From Hypanus sabinus (Eukaryota): DNA of 64,000 bases. The position numbers and the translations under genes are program-made. Under the pieces are notes generated by a model that saw nothing but the letters and a program-made list of their open reading frames with translations, ran no database searches and was not told where the DNA came from. The stretch's first letter is position 1. Every line of letters begins with the position of its first letter. This document shows positions 14,001 to 24,954 of this stretch, piece by piece. The stretch covers positions 35,526,001 through 35,590,000 of the forward strand of contig NC_082723.1 in assembly GCF_030144855.1 (NCBI RefSeq). The letters run 5' to 3'.

Positions 14001-15007
14001 GCATTAAGAATTTTTACTTTAGACAATCAGTTGCCAGGGTTTTATCTCGTCTCCCAGGAGAATACTCTGAGTAATGTTCAAAATGTGTTTTATCAAGGAA
14101 TCATTGAGTAGAACAGGCTGAATCTCCCAAAGGGACTTGTCTATTTGCTTTTGTTTCTAGTTTTACAACTTCCTTGTCTCTTGTTATGATTGTGTGGATG
14201 TGATCAGCAGGCCACCTGTTGTAATTTTAGCCAGCAGTTTGCTCTACACTGGGAAATTGAGCAGATTTCCTGATTTCTTGAGACTGAAGGATAGTTTTCA
14301 GCTCAAGATTGCCTGTCATTAATAAATTTAGCACGAGTAGATTTCTTACAGTATATTGCAGCTAAAGCATTCTTGGTTGTACAGTTCAACAAACAATCAG
14401 GCATTTTCACAAATTTCAGAAACTATAAGCATTTTAGAATATTTCAACATACAAACCCATTCATTATGTCATACCTGCACTGGCTCTTTGGTAAAGCTAT
14501 CTGACTTCCCTTCCAATGCTCTTCATTGTCTAGTAAAATTTCAAAGGATTGCAAAATTATTTCTCGGATTAAAATTCTCTAACTTCTATGACATGAATTT
14601 ATCTCTGGACTTGTAATTTAGGTTTTGGATTACTGGTTGAGTAACAGTCATTCTAATCTCGTATTCTTACAAAACCTTGGATGAATTTATTTTATTGAGT
14701 TATGAATTTATAGATGTCAGTTCTAAAGGGATTTCTGGAAGCCAACAAAGATGTATCCTCCAAGCAGAAATTCTGGGAATAATTGATCTACCATCTTCAG
14801 TTATTTGTCTTTCAATCTCTGGCAAAATGTTCCCAGAGCATCCTTTAGTTTGTCTTTCAAAGCTGGAAAGCAAATATTTTTTTTAAATCTGTAAATTATT
14901 TTGCATATGTGTATTCAATATGAACAGCGAAATTAAACCTGAATGTTCTGCGGCAAATACTTGTGTAGATGTCCATAGGAGGTCATAGCTCAGGCTAATC
15001 TGCTTTA

Positions 15008-15144
15008 TTATTTCATTTGTGATGTCTGTCTTGTCCACTTCCTTTTTTTCTCCACACATGCAAAGCACAAACTTAACCAGATATTTTCCTTGGGAATGAT
15101 TTCAATGCCATTTGGAGTTCTGACTGGATGGAATGCACACAACC
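15008..15144 (-). CDS. MRH/M6PR-like membrane protein, coding exon 3 (cytoplasmic tail): (G)LCAFHPVRTPNGIEIIPKENIWLSLCFACVEKKRKWTRQTSQMK*
   Basis: ATTTTCAG acceptor; 137 nt, phase 1, ending in TAA; the G.E.IP...W..L motif is like CD-MPR/ATG27 tails; absent from the ORF track in this frame. Confidence 0.8.
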
Positions 15145-16103
15145 CTGAAAATAATCAGAGACTTTAGTTTCCTCACTTCCACTTGTCATTAACAAATACT
15201 TATTAGATGGAAGAACTGATTTAGCAAATTAAGGATTCACGTGCACCAAGAAAACTGTTTTTAGGGTGTCCTGGTAGTAATAAGTACATCAGCTTTTAAA
15301 ATTAACCAGAATGAGTGAATGTATACTCTAAAGCAAAGGGGTGATGTGCTTGTAGTGCTTTACAACCTTAGATTTTTGAAATATAGCCAATAGGAAAATG
15401 GCAGCCAAAATTTTGCTGCTTACAGGACCTTGGTCTTTAGTGTGATAAGTGATCTGTTTTAGTGAAGAGGGATAAATGTTCTCGTGCTTATTTAAACCAG
15501 GTGAAATGTTGAATATTCATCACTTCCTCAGTACAACATTGAGCTGCACCTTTGACATCACCTCCCCAAATCTGAGTGTGTAACCCTCTGACTCTGAAGC
15601 ATAAATGTGGCCACATAACAACAAAGGTAATATCCTGCTTGCTTCTCCACATTGGTGTGCAGTCTCCTCATTTAAAATGTTTAGATCTGTCATTTTTCAC
15701 CTTGTATCTCCCTCAATTCTAGGAACATCACTGTATGGTTAGTTTCTAAGTGTGTATCAACCCCTTCATCCCTTCCCTCTGTTGCCCTATTCTTAACACA
15801 CTGTCTCTTCTACCATCTGATCTCCATCATCCCCTTCAGTCTTCAAGCATAGAAGCAAACTAGGGGATAACACGAATCACACCTAATCATGTTGATAATC
15901 AGGATCTCATACTTTGCAGTTCCTTAAAGTTTCTGCATCCCTATAGTCCTTCAGCCCTTTCTTGAAAACCACTATTTTAAACTAAGCTTTGGTCAGGCCC
16001 ACTGCAATGCTTCCCTTCAGTTGTTCCCTTATAATTGTGATGATTGCCATGAATCACATTTTTTGTGTTAAAGATGCTGCTTGAGTGTATGCTGTTAACC
16101 CAC

Positions 16104-16319
16104 CAAACAAGAAGTAGGCTGTGATAGTTATGCTGAACACCACTAAGATGATGGTTCGTGGACCCACATCCTGAGGTTCGCAACTGTTGGGGCAAGCACA
16201 AGGACTATCGACAGAAATCCATAGCACATAAGGACTCTTTGGATCTTGAGAAGCAATCACTGAGTGATGGGAACTACAGTTGTATCGAACTACTGTCTGC
16301 AGTAAACTGCTGAGTGAAG
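16104..16319 (-). CDS. MRH/M6PR-like membrane protein, coding exon 2: end of lumenal domain (QTVVRYNC...VDSPCACPNSC) plus TM helix (IILVVFSITITAYFLFG)
   Basis: CTCTTTTCTGTTGCAG acceptor and G|GTGGGT donor; 216 nt, phase 1-1, open frame. Confidence 0.85.
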
Positions 16320-16499
16320 CTGCAACAGAAAAGAGGATTAAGATTGTATCTCTGGAAGTGAGGGGTATAAAAAAACAACTTCTTAGTACATTTTCATATA
16401 GTAAAACAATCCAAAGCACTTTAAATATCAACTAATTTGACATGAAGCTCAAAAACAAATACTAAATGCTGATTCCCATAACTGTGGAATGAACAGATC

Positions 16500-17070
16500 A
16501 GAAGCAGCATTCATTAGCACTGTTTGTGGATGAGGAAGAGGGTCAAAGTAATTGATTGTTTTTCCAACCTGGATGTGATGAATTTATGGTGCTAAGTAAT
16601 ATGAATACCATGATTACTATATATTAATAACTTGAATATATTCACATGAAGATCTCAAAGTTTGCCCACATCACCAAATTAGCAGTTGTGGTAAACTGTG
16701 AAGAATATTAAGAGGCTGCAAAAGGACCTAGTTAGGCTGTCAGAAAGGGAATACAAGTGGAAAATGAAATTTTTAAAGCATTAAAATGTGAAGTGATTCA
16801 TCTTGACCGAAGAACAAAGCACCAATCTGGACAAAATTGTCTGGTTCAAGGGTGTGAAGAACCTGAGTGGTGACATCACAAAAGGTCTTGCGGGGGGGGG
16901 GGGGGATGCATTTTGATTTGGAGCTTAATGCTTGTAAAGATGTTTCAACAGTCCATCAGGGAAAATTAACAGGTTTACAAGATCCCAGCAGGAAAATTGA
17001 ATTAATGGACTTAAGAGACACCTAGCATAGACCTAACGAGCAAAGAAGCTCTTGCTGTGTTATGACATTG
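16500..17070 (+). mobile_element. Highly decayed CR1 fragments
   Basis: AAGTTTGC..., GGCTGCAAAAGGACCTAG.TAGGCT and AAATGTGAAGTGATTCAT resemble the CR1 RT region. Confidence 0.5.
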
Positions 17071-17124
17071 TGCGACATTCAGACTGGTGACCAAAGGATT
17101 GACAAAGAGGTAAAGTATGAAGAA

Positions 17125-17430
17125 CATATTACATGGAGCAGCGTGGCACAAGACAGGTTCTTCAGCCCATGATCTTGAGCTGAACTAATGAAATTAATCC
17201 CTGCACATTGGCCATATCCCTCCCTTTTCTGCATATTCAGGTGTCCGAGGGTTTCATAAAAGTTCCTGTTACATTAGCTTCTACCACCACCCCTAGCAGT
17301 GCATTTCAGGCTCCGGCTACTATATAAATACTTGCTTTGTACATCTCGTTTGAACTTAACCCTCTTGCCTTAAATGCATGTCCTCAAACACTTGTCTTGG
17401 GGAAAAAGATACTGGTTGCCTCATGCCTCA
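17125..17430 (-). mobile_element. CR1 3' fragment
   Basis: TTCAGCCCA...CTACCACCACCCCTAGCAGTGCATTTCAGG...GGGGAAAAAGATACTGG, reverse complement of a CR1 3' end. Confidence 0.65.
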
Positions 17431-17469
17431 CGTAAAAATATAAAGGTTTTAAAAAGAGCGTTAGTGCTT

Positions 17470-20441
17470 TTTGGCTCTTCGCTGGCGAGTTGCAATCAGC
17501 ATGGGGCCAATAAAAAGGAGGTATAAGTGGAGTGGCTGTTGTTGGAGTGGGACAGTGTAAGAGTTAAGCCAAAGCTCGACCGTAGGCTTGGGCAAGCACA
17601 GGCAGATGTTCTAAGTAAGTTTCTAATAAGTTTTTGCTTTCTGTTGGTACATAGCTTGTGCACAAAGAAAGGGTTTGGAGGTAGCGGTATGTTTTATGTA
17701 GGAACTCTGGGAGGTATAGTATGATTAGGAATAGTCAGTATGGCTTTGCCAAGGGCAGGTCATGCCTTATGAGCCTGAGTGAATTGTTTGAGGATGTGTC
17801 CAAACACATTGATGAAGGAAGCCGAGAGGTAATGATGCAGCTATATAGGACCCTGGTCAGACCCCACTTGGAGTATTGTGCTCAGTTCTGGTCATTTCAC
17901 TACAGGAAGGATGTGGAAGCCATTGAAAAGCTGCAGAGGAGGTTGCCTGGATTGGGGAGCATGCCTTATTAGAATAGGTTGAGTGAACTCGGCCTTTTCT
18001 CCTTGGAGCGACGGAGGATGAGAGGTGACCTGATAGAGCTGTATAAGATAATGAGAGGTATTGATCGTGTGGATAGTCAGAGGCTTTTTCCCAGGGCTGA
18101 AATAGTTGCCACAGGAGGACACAGGTTTAAGGTGCTGGGGAGTAGGTACAGAGGAGATGTCAGGGGTAAGTTTTTTTTACTCAAAGTGGTGAGTGCGTGG
18201 AATGGGCTGCTGGCAACGGTGGTGGAGGTGGATATGCTAGGGTCTTTTAAGAGACTTTTGGATAGGTGCATGGAGCTTAGAAAAGTAGAGGGCTTTGTGG
18301 AAGCCTAGTAATTTCTAAGGTAGGGACAAGTTCGGCACAGCTTTGTGGGCCGAAGGGCCTGTATTGTGCTGTAGGTTTTCTATGTTTCTATCTAGTCTCC
18401 CTGATAACTAGATCTGCACAAAGTGCATCAAGCTGCAGCATCTTAGGGATCATTATAGAATTGGAGTTGCACCTCAATTCTTTGGCTCAAACAGAAAAAT
18501 GAACAGGCGATGGGAGCTACAGTGAAGTAGTCAGCCTAAGTTGCAGAAGGCAGGTACCTGGTTGATTGTCAGGAGAGGGAAAGGAGAAAAACTGCCAGTA
18601 CAGAGCATCTCTGTGGATGTTCCCCTCTAAGTACAACACTTTGGCTACTGTTGGGGGGGGGGGGGACAACCTACTGTGGGAAGCCAAAATGACTGGGCCT
18701 CTAGCTCTGTGGCTCAGAAGGGAAGGGGGAGAAGAGTGCAGTAGTGATGATTATTATAGGAGCAGAAAGCAGATTTGTGAGAGAGGCGCCTGGATGGTAT
18801 GTTGCCTTGCAGGTGCGAGGGTCAAGGATGACTTCGATAAAGCTGGAAGTCTTGGTACATATTGGTACCAATTACATAGGTAGGAAAAGGGAGGAGGTCC
18901 TAAAGAGAGACCATATGGAGTTGGCAGAAAGCTGAAAAAAAAGCAGAATCTCCAGGGTAGTAATTGCTGCCTGTGATCATAATATGACTGAATTCGCACT
19001 GCAGCTTGAGAGGGAGAAGCATAAGTCACAGGTATCAGTATCACAATGGAATAAAGGGATTACAGAGGCACAAGAAAGGAGCTTGCCCAGGTGGTTTAGA
19101 GGAGAATACTGACTAAGTAAAAATGGCTAAACTTCCTGGGAATAGTTCATAAGGTGCAGGATAGATACAGTATGTCCCACAGAAGTTCTCAAATGGCAGG
19201 GGTAGGCAGTCATGGCTGATGAGGGAGGTTAAGGATTGCTTAAAAGCCAAGGAAAGGGCATATAAGGTAGCAAAAGTGAATGGGAAGTTGGATGATTGGG
19301 AAGCTTTTAAAATCCAACAAAAGGCAATTTAAAAAGCTATAAGAAGGGAAAAGATGAAATATGAGGGCAAACCTGCGAATAATATAAAGTGGGATACTAA
19401 AAGTTTTTTTCCAGTTATATAAAGAGTAAAAGGGAGGTGTGAGTTGATAATGGACCACTGGAAAATGATGCTGGTGAGGTAGTAATGGGGGACAAAAAAA
19501 TGGCAGATGAATCTAATGAGTACTTTGCATCAGTCTTCACTGTGGAAGACACTAGCAATGTGCCAGAGATCCGTGACTATCGGAGCAGGAGTGAGTGTCA
19601 TTGCTATTACAAAGGGAAAAAGTGCTAAACAAACTGGTCTTAAGGTGGCTGAGTTAGATGGACTACATCCCAGAGGCCTGAGATGGGTTGCTAAAGAGCT
19701 GATGGATGCATTGGTCATGAACTTTCAAGAATCACTTGATTCTAGCATGGTCCCAGAAGATTAAAATATTGCAGATATTTTACCACTCTTCAAGAAAGGA
19801 GGAAGGCAAAAGAAAATTATAGGTCAGTTAGCCATACATCAGTGGTTGGGGAAAGTGTTGGAGTCTATTATTAAGGATGAAGTTTTGGGGTACTTGGAGA
19901 CTGATAAAATAAGTCAAAGTCGGTATGGTTTCTGAAAAGGGAAATCTTGCCTGACAAATCTGTTAGTTCTTGAGGAAGTAACCAGCAGGGTGAACAAAGG
20001 AGAGGCCGTGGATGTCATTTACTTGATTTTCACATGGCATTTGATAAGGTGCCACATGAGGCTACTTAAAAGAAAATCCTATGGCGTTACAGGAAAGATA
20101 TTGGCATGAATAGAGAAATGGCTGATGGGCAGGAGGCAGTGAGTGGGAATAAAGGGGGCCTTTCCTGATTGTCTGCCAGTGACTAGCGGAGTTCCTTGGA
20201 GGTCAGTATTGGAACCGCTACTTTTCACATTTTGATTCTGACCGGTGCTTTTCACATTGTTTGTCAGTGATTTGGATAATGGAATAGATAGCTTTGTGGC
20301 AAAGTTTGAGGGGTAGATAGTGCTGAGGAAGCAATGTGATTGCAGCAGGACTTAGACAAATTGGAAGAATAGGCAAAAGATGTGACAGATGGAACAGTGT
20401 TGGGAAATGTATAATAGTACATTTTGGTAAAAGGAACAATA
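17470..20441 (+). mobile_element. CR1 LINE: 5' region, ORF1 remnant and ORF2 remnant, interrupted by a nested CR1
   Basis: ORF1-like remnants (WMVCCLAGARVKD, EVLVHIGTN.IGRKREEVL); ORF2 DGLHPR.L...A.E..DAL...FQES and AAATCTTGCCTGACAAATCT. Confidence 0.85.
17717..18390 (+). mobile_element. Younger CR1 (same subfamily as 1-1157), 5'-truncated and internally deleted, nested in the ORF1 region of another CR1
   Basis: SQYGFAKGRSCL...HIDEG fused to SREVMMQLYRTLVRPHLEY; TTTCTATGTTTCTA tail; host sequence resumes TCTAGTCTCCCTGATAAC. Confidence 0.9.
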
Positions 20442-21168
20442 CACCTGCCTTGTTGTCATTTCCCTCGATCCCCTGACCGATCAGGAACCAACCTGCAGTC
20501 TGCGGCAGAGCATTCCACAGATTCACTACTCTGACTAAAAACATTCCATCTTGCCTCTGTTTTTAAAAAGTCGCCCTTCAGTTTTGAGGCTGTGCCCTCT
20601 AGTTCTGGATACCCCCGCCATAGAGTGGATGTGGAGAGGATGCTTCTTATCTATCTAGTAGTCCTTTCAACATTTGATAAGTTTCAATGAGATCTTCCCC
20701 CCACCGCCCCCGCCCCACACACACACATTCTTCTAAATTCCAGTGAGTACAGGCCCAACGCAGCAAACACTCTTCACATGTTAACCCCTTCATTCCTGGA
20801 ATCATCCTTGTGAACCTCCTCCAGACTCTCTCCAATGACAACATATCCTTTCTGAGATATGGGGCCCAAACTGTCAACAATACTCCATGCAGCCTGACTA
20901 GTGTCTTAAAAAGGCTCAGTATTATGTCCTTGCTTTTATATCCTATTCTGCTTGAAATAATGCCAACATTGCAATTGCTGCATTTATCACAATCTCAACT
21001 TGTAAATTAACCTTCTGGGAGTCTTGCACAAGGACTCCTGAGACCCTCTGCACCTCTGATGTTTGAACCTTCTTCCCACTTAGATAATTGTCCACACTAT
21101 TGTTCCTTTTACCAAAATGCGTTATCATATATTTCCCAACACTCTATTCCATCTGCCACTTCTCTGGC
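20442..21168 (-). mobile_element. CR1 ORF2 3' part, inverted relative to the adjoining + copy
   Basis: Minus-strand translations HFGKRNN, WAPYLRKDMLSLERV.RRFTRMIPGM and RVVNLWNALPQ. Confidence 0.88.
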
Positions 21169-21169
21169 A

Positions 21170-21755
21170 GCTGGTAAAGTTCCATCTGCCCCAGAACACA
21201 CTGATACAATTCTACACTTCCACCCTCACATCAGCCATTACTGTTTTGTTTGACGCAGCATTCTCTCACGATATTCAAAAACTACAGCTAACTAACAGGA
21301 CACCATTGGCTGCAGTCTGCCATCATTGCCAGACTTGTATATGTCTGGGATAAAGATGTAATCAGGAAAAATCATTGTGGGTACTACCCACCTAGCAAAT
21401 TGTCTTTTCCAAATGCCCCCTTCTGGAAAGCATTATAGAGTTACTAAAACAAAAACTTCATGCCATTTTAAAAATTTCTTCACCCAGGCAGCTGATCAGA
21501 TTAACCATTCTCATTACCCCCCACCCCCAACCTCAGTAACGGCACTGCACTATAAACACTTTAAACCATTTTTAATTGTTCTTTATATTGTAAATTCATG
21601 CTGTTTATGTAATTATGCACATTTTATCCCATAGCTGTACTTAGAACATTATTTTAATAAAATTATTTATTCTTTAATTGTTGAATGTCATGCCAACACA
21701 TCACAGCAAATTCCTAACACAGCTAAATGTTTATGGCAAATAAAGTTGATTTTTG
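21170..21755 (+). mobile_element. Rex1/Babar-type LINE 3' fragment
   Basis: LFQMPPSGKHYRV.K.KT..FKNFFTQA resembles the Rex1 C-terminus LPSGRRYR...RLKNSFFPQA; AATAAAG tail. Confidence 0.65.
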
Positions 21756-21879
21756 CTCCTTGATTTCATCCAGCAGAACAAGAGGAGGCCCATCAGCTAA
21801 AGCCTTTCAGCTTTAAGTTTTGTTTTTAGCTCAAGTTTGAGCTCTTCACATAAATTTTTTTTTAATGCAGAAATCTTAC

Positions 21880-22324
21880 CTGAGTAGGTGACGGTGAGTA
21901 TTTTTGACATGTTATCATAATTGAATTCATTCAGCTTATGGCTTCCATAGTTAAGAAAACCAACATTCCCTTTTCCTTGAGCTTGGTTCCTGATAATCAG
22001 GCATGCAGCCACATCCGAACAGTCAGAAGCAAACAAGAAAGGTTTACTGAATGGCTGGCAAGGACTAAATGAGTAGAGAATATTAAACTCAGAATTTTTG
22101 GTAGTGAGTGGTTTATCTCTCGCCAGAAATCCATTGTCATCTCCCACGGCTGCTAGATTGATCACTCCTGATCCATCCTTCATTATACATTTGCAGGGAT
22201 TCAGTTTAATGCATTCTGATCTTTGGGAGAAAGAGCAAGAAGGCCATAATATCAGCAAGCACAACCAGCTGTAAGCCCCACTCCCAGCACTCTGCATCTT
22301 GGAGAGGAATTTCTCACACTGCAT
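21880..22324 (-). CDS. MRH/M6PR-like membrane protein, coding exon 1: signal peptide plus most of the Cys-rich lumenal domain
   Basis: 445-nt open frame: WLCLLILWPSCSFS signal-like segment, C....PCKC, G.INL, YSFSPCQPF, DC..VAAC, NYG, LTVTYS; CAG|GTAAGA donor; the second ATG (22297, aagATG) has the better Kozak context; TTTTAAGCATAG immediately upstream could be an acceptor. Confidence 0.88.
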
Positions 22325-22859
22325 CTATGCTTAAAATGTAACAAGAGTGTGATGCATAGTTAAAGTCAGCAACTAAAAGGAAATACTTTGCAGTCGCTCA
22401 TTGGTACAATTATCTTGACTGCTAAGTGAAATCATCAGGTTAGTACAACCCTCCACAGCTGATTAGTGTGACACATGGCCCCTATATTGATCAAGGTCAA
22501 ATACCTCAAATTTTAAATGTTATCTTCAAATTTATCATTTTCTCTAACTTCCAACCCTGTAATCATCTATGTACACTGAACCTCACCTTTGCATCTTCAG
22601 TTTTAATCAATCCACCTATTGACGTTTGTGCCCTTAGTTTACAAGTTTTGGAGTTCCTACCTTCTCTAACTTGAAGAATTTTTAAAAATCTATCTCTTTA
22701 GAGTGGTCAACTAGAACTGGTAACTGGTAATTCTTATAGGCTGAAAATAACTTAAATTAGAGCTTTCTTGCTTATTCATAGAATATATTGGAATTAGGAA
22801 ATCAAATTTGATAAGGGGAGAGATGAAGGATTGAAATAACAAGAGGCATGTGAAGAAAG

Positions 22860-23702
22860 ACATAAGACCATATGATATAGGAGCAGAATTTGGCCCATTG
22901 AGTCTGCTCTGCCATTTCATCATGGCTGATCCATTTCCCCCTCAGCCCCAATCTCCTGCCTTCTCCCTGTATCCCTTCATGCTCTGACTGATCAAGAATA
23001 ACCTCTGCCTTGATATACACAATGACTTGGACTCCACAGCCACCTGTAGCAAAAAATTCCACAGATTCTCCACACTCTGGCTAAAGAAATCCCTCCACAT
23101 CTCCATTCTAAATGGACATCCCTCTATTCTGAGGCTGTGTCCTCTGGTTTTAAGACTCCCCCACTACAGGAAACCGCCTCTCTACATCCACTCTATCAAG
23201 GCCCTTCAACATTTGATAAGTTTCAATGAGATTCCTCCCTCATTCCAGTGAGTACAGGTTCAGAGCCATCAAACGCTCCTCATATTGGTAAGCCTTTCAA
23301 TCCTGGAATCATTTTCATGAACCTCCATTGAACCCTCTCCAATGCCGACACATCCTTTCTTAGATAAGGGGACCAAAACTGCTTACAATACTCCAGGTGA
23401 GGCCTCACCAGTGCTTTATAAAGCATCAATGTTTCTTACTTGCTTCGAAATACTAGTCTTCTCGAAATGAGTACTAACATTACATTTGCCTTCCTCACAC
23501 CAACTCAACCTGCAAATTAACCTTAAGAGAATCCTGCATGAGGTCTCCCAAGTCCCTTTGCACCATTTAGAAAATAGTCTGTGCTTTTGTTCCTTCTACC
23601 AAAGTGCATGCACTTCCTGACACTATACCATCTGCCACTTCTTTGCCCTTTCTCCTAAGTCCTTCTGTGGCCCCTCTGCTTCCTCAAAACTACCTGCCCC
23701 TC
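22860..23702 (-). mobile_element. CR1 3' fragment
   Basis: CATAAGACCATA.GA tail (reverse complement), AAATTCCACAGATTC.CCAC.CTCTGGCTAAAGAAAT. Confidence 0.88.
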
Positions 23703-23907
23703 AAATGAAGGTATTGAAAAACTGGGAGGGGGAGCCAAAAGTTGTGTATAACATCAGTCTTTATCTCAAAGGGGCTCACTCTAAAATGAAGAGAAAAAAT
23801 AACCATTATAATTGGTAGCTTAGAACCAAATTATTAAATTGAGTTAGGATATAAAAAATTATAAATAACCAGTGGCAAAATTTAGCAAGTCAGTTGAAAT
23901 AAGTGGT

Positions 23908-24045
23908 CCCAGACCTGATGAAAGGTCTTGGCCTGAAACGTTAACTGCTTACTCTTCCCAATAGATGCTGCCTGACCTGCTGAGTTCCTCCAGCATTTTG
24001 TTTGTGTTACTTTTGATTTCCAGCATCTGCAGACTTTCTTGTGTT
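23908..24045 (+). mobile_element. Penelope-like terminal repeat remnant with hammerhead core
   Basis: AGACCTGATGAAAGGTCTTGGCCTGAAACGTTAACTG...GATGCTGCCTGACCTGCTGAGTTCCTCCAGCA; same unit terminates the PLE at 28640-29400. Confidence 0.75.
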
Positions 24046-24504
24046 TGAAATAAGTGGTAGTAGCCTGAAGAAGTTAAATTCAAAATTGATGTACTAGAAT
24101 CTGAGGTTTTGATACTCTGTGTATCAGAGGTGGAGAAGGTTATTTGAATGTTTTTTTTGTTCAAAGAGACTGCTGTGAAACAACACATTTCATGGCATGT
24201 CAGTCATAATTTCTCTTTCACAAGATCTGAATCAAACTCCTTAGGTTATGTTTCCTCCTTATATTTGATTAATGGACACCAACAGAAGGGTTTGACTACG
24301 GGCTAAAAAGTTATAATGATCTAAATGGGAGCAGTAGCAGAACCATGTCAGCCCAGTGTGGCTGGTTGTCACTTGCAAATGAATGTAAAATTCTATTATG
24401 CAATGATCCCGATTCCACAGGTAACTCTGCACTTCTCCAATCGATATGAGGTTCTGGTAGCTTGTGTGAACAAGGATAAGTATAATGCCCATAGAATCAG
24501 TTAT

Positions 24505-24900
24505 TATTGTAGTGTCAGCATCATTGCGTGCAGTGTTGTATGACGTGGGTGTTCACAGTCTCATGACCATGATTGTTCTTGGCCAGTTTTTCAATAGGAG
24601 TGGTTTGCCATTGCCTTCTTCTGGGCAGTGTCTTTACAAGTCAGGTGACCCCAGCTATTATCAATATTCTTCAGAGATTGTCTGCCTGGAGTCAATGGTT
24701 GCATAACCAGGGCTTATGAAATGCACCAGCTGCTCATATGACCATCCACCACTTGCTCCCATGGCTTCGCGTGACCTGGGTAAAGGGGGGGGGGTGCTAA
24801 GCAAGTGCTACACCTTGCCCAAGAGTAAGCTGCAAGATAGCGAAGGGAAGCAGTGACTTAAGCCTTTGTTGGTAGAGACTTATCTCCATTCTGCCACCCA
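24505..24900 (-). mobile_element. SINE with RTE/BovB-type tail
   Basis: GAGTGGTTTGCCATTGCCTTCT, reverse complement of AGAAGGCAATGGCAAACCACTC, typical of RTE 3' tails. Confidence 0.55.
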
Positions 24901-24954
24901 TATTAGGAGGGTACTAAGGAAAGAAACAATCAAGCTTATCCAGCAGAAACAACA

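Noticed and set aside
14883-15068. ORF-track peptide MLCMCGEKKEVDK... as the last exon of the minus-strand gene
   Set aside because: Wrong frame; the phase-1 acceptor at 15144 selects the GIEIIPKENIW frame, which carries the receptor-tail motif
16892-16905. Poly-G/C runs (also ~18653, ~26045, ~29589, ~60522) as G-quadruplex elements
   Set aside because: Simple homopolymers mostly within TE remnants; lengths are unreliable in assemblies
21797-21879. C-terminal KISALKKNLCEELKLELK... of the 175-aa ORF
   Set aside because: Read-through past a strong GTAAGA donor into the intron
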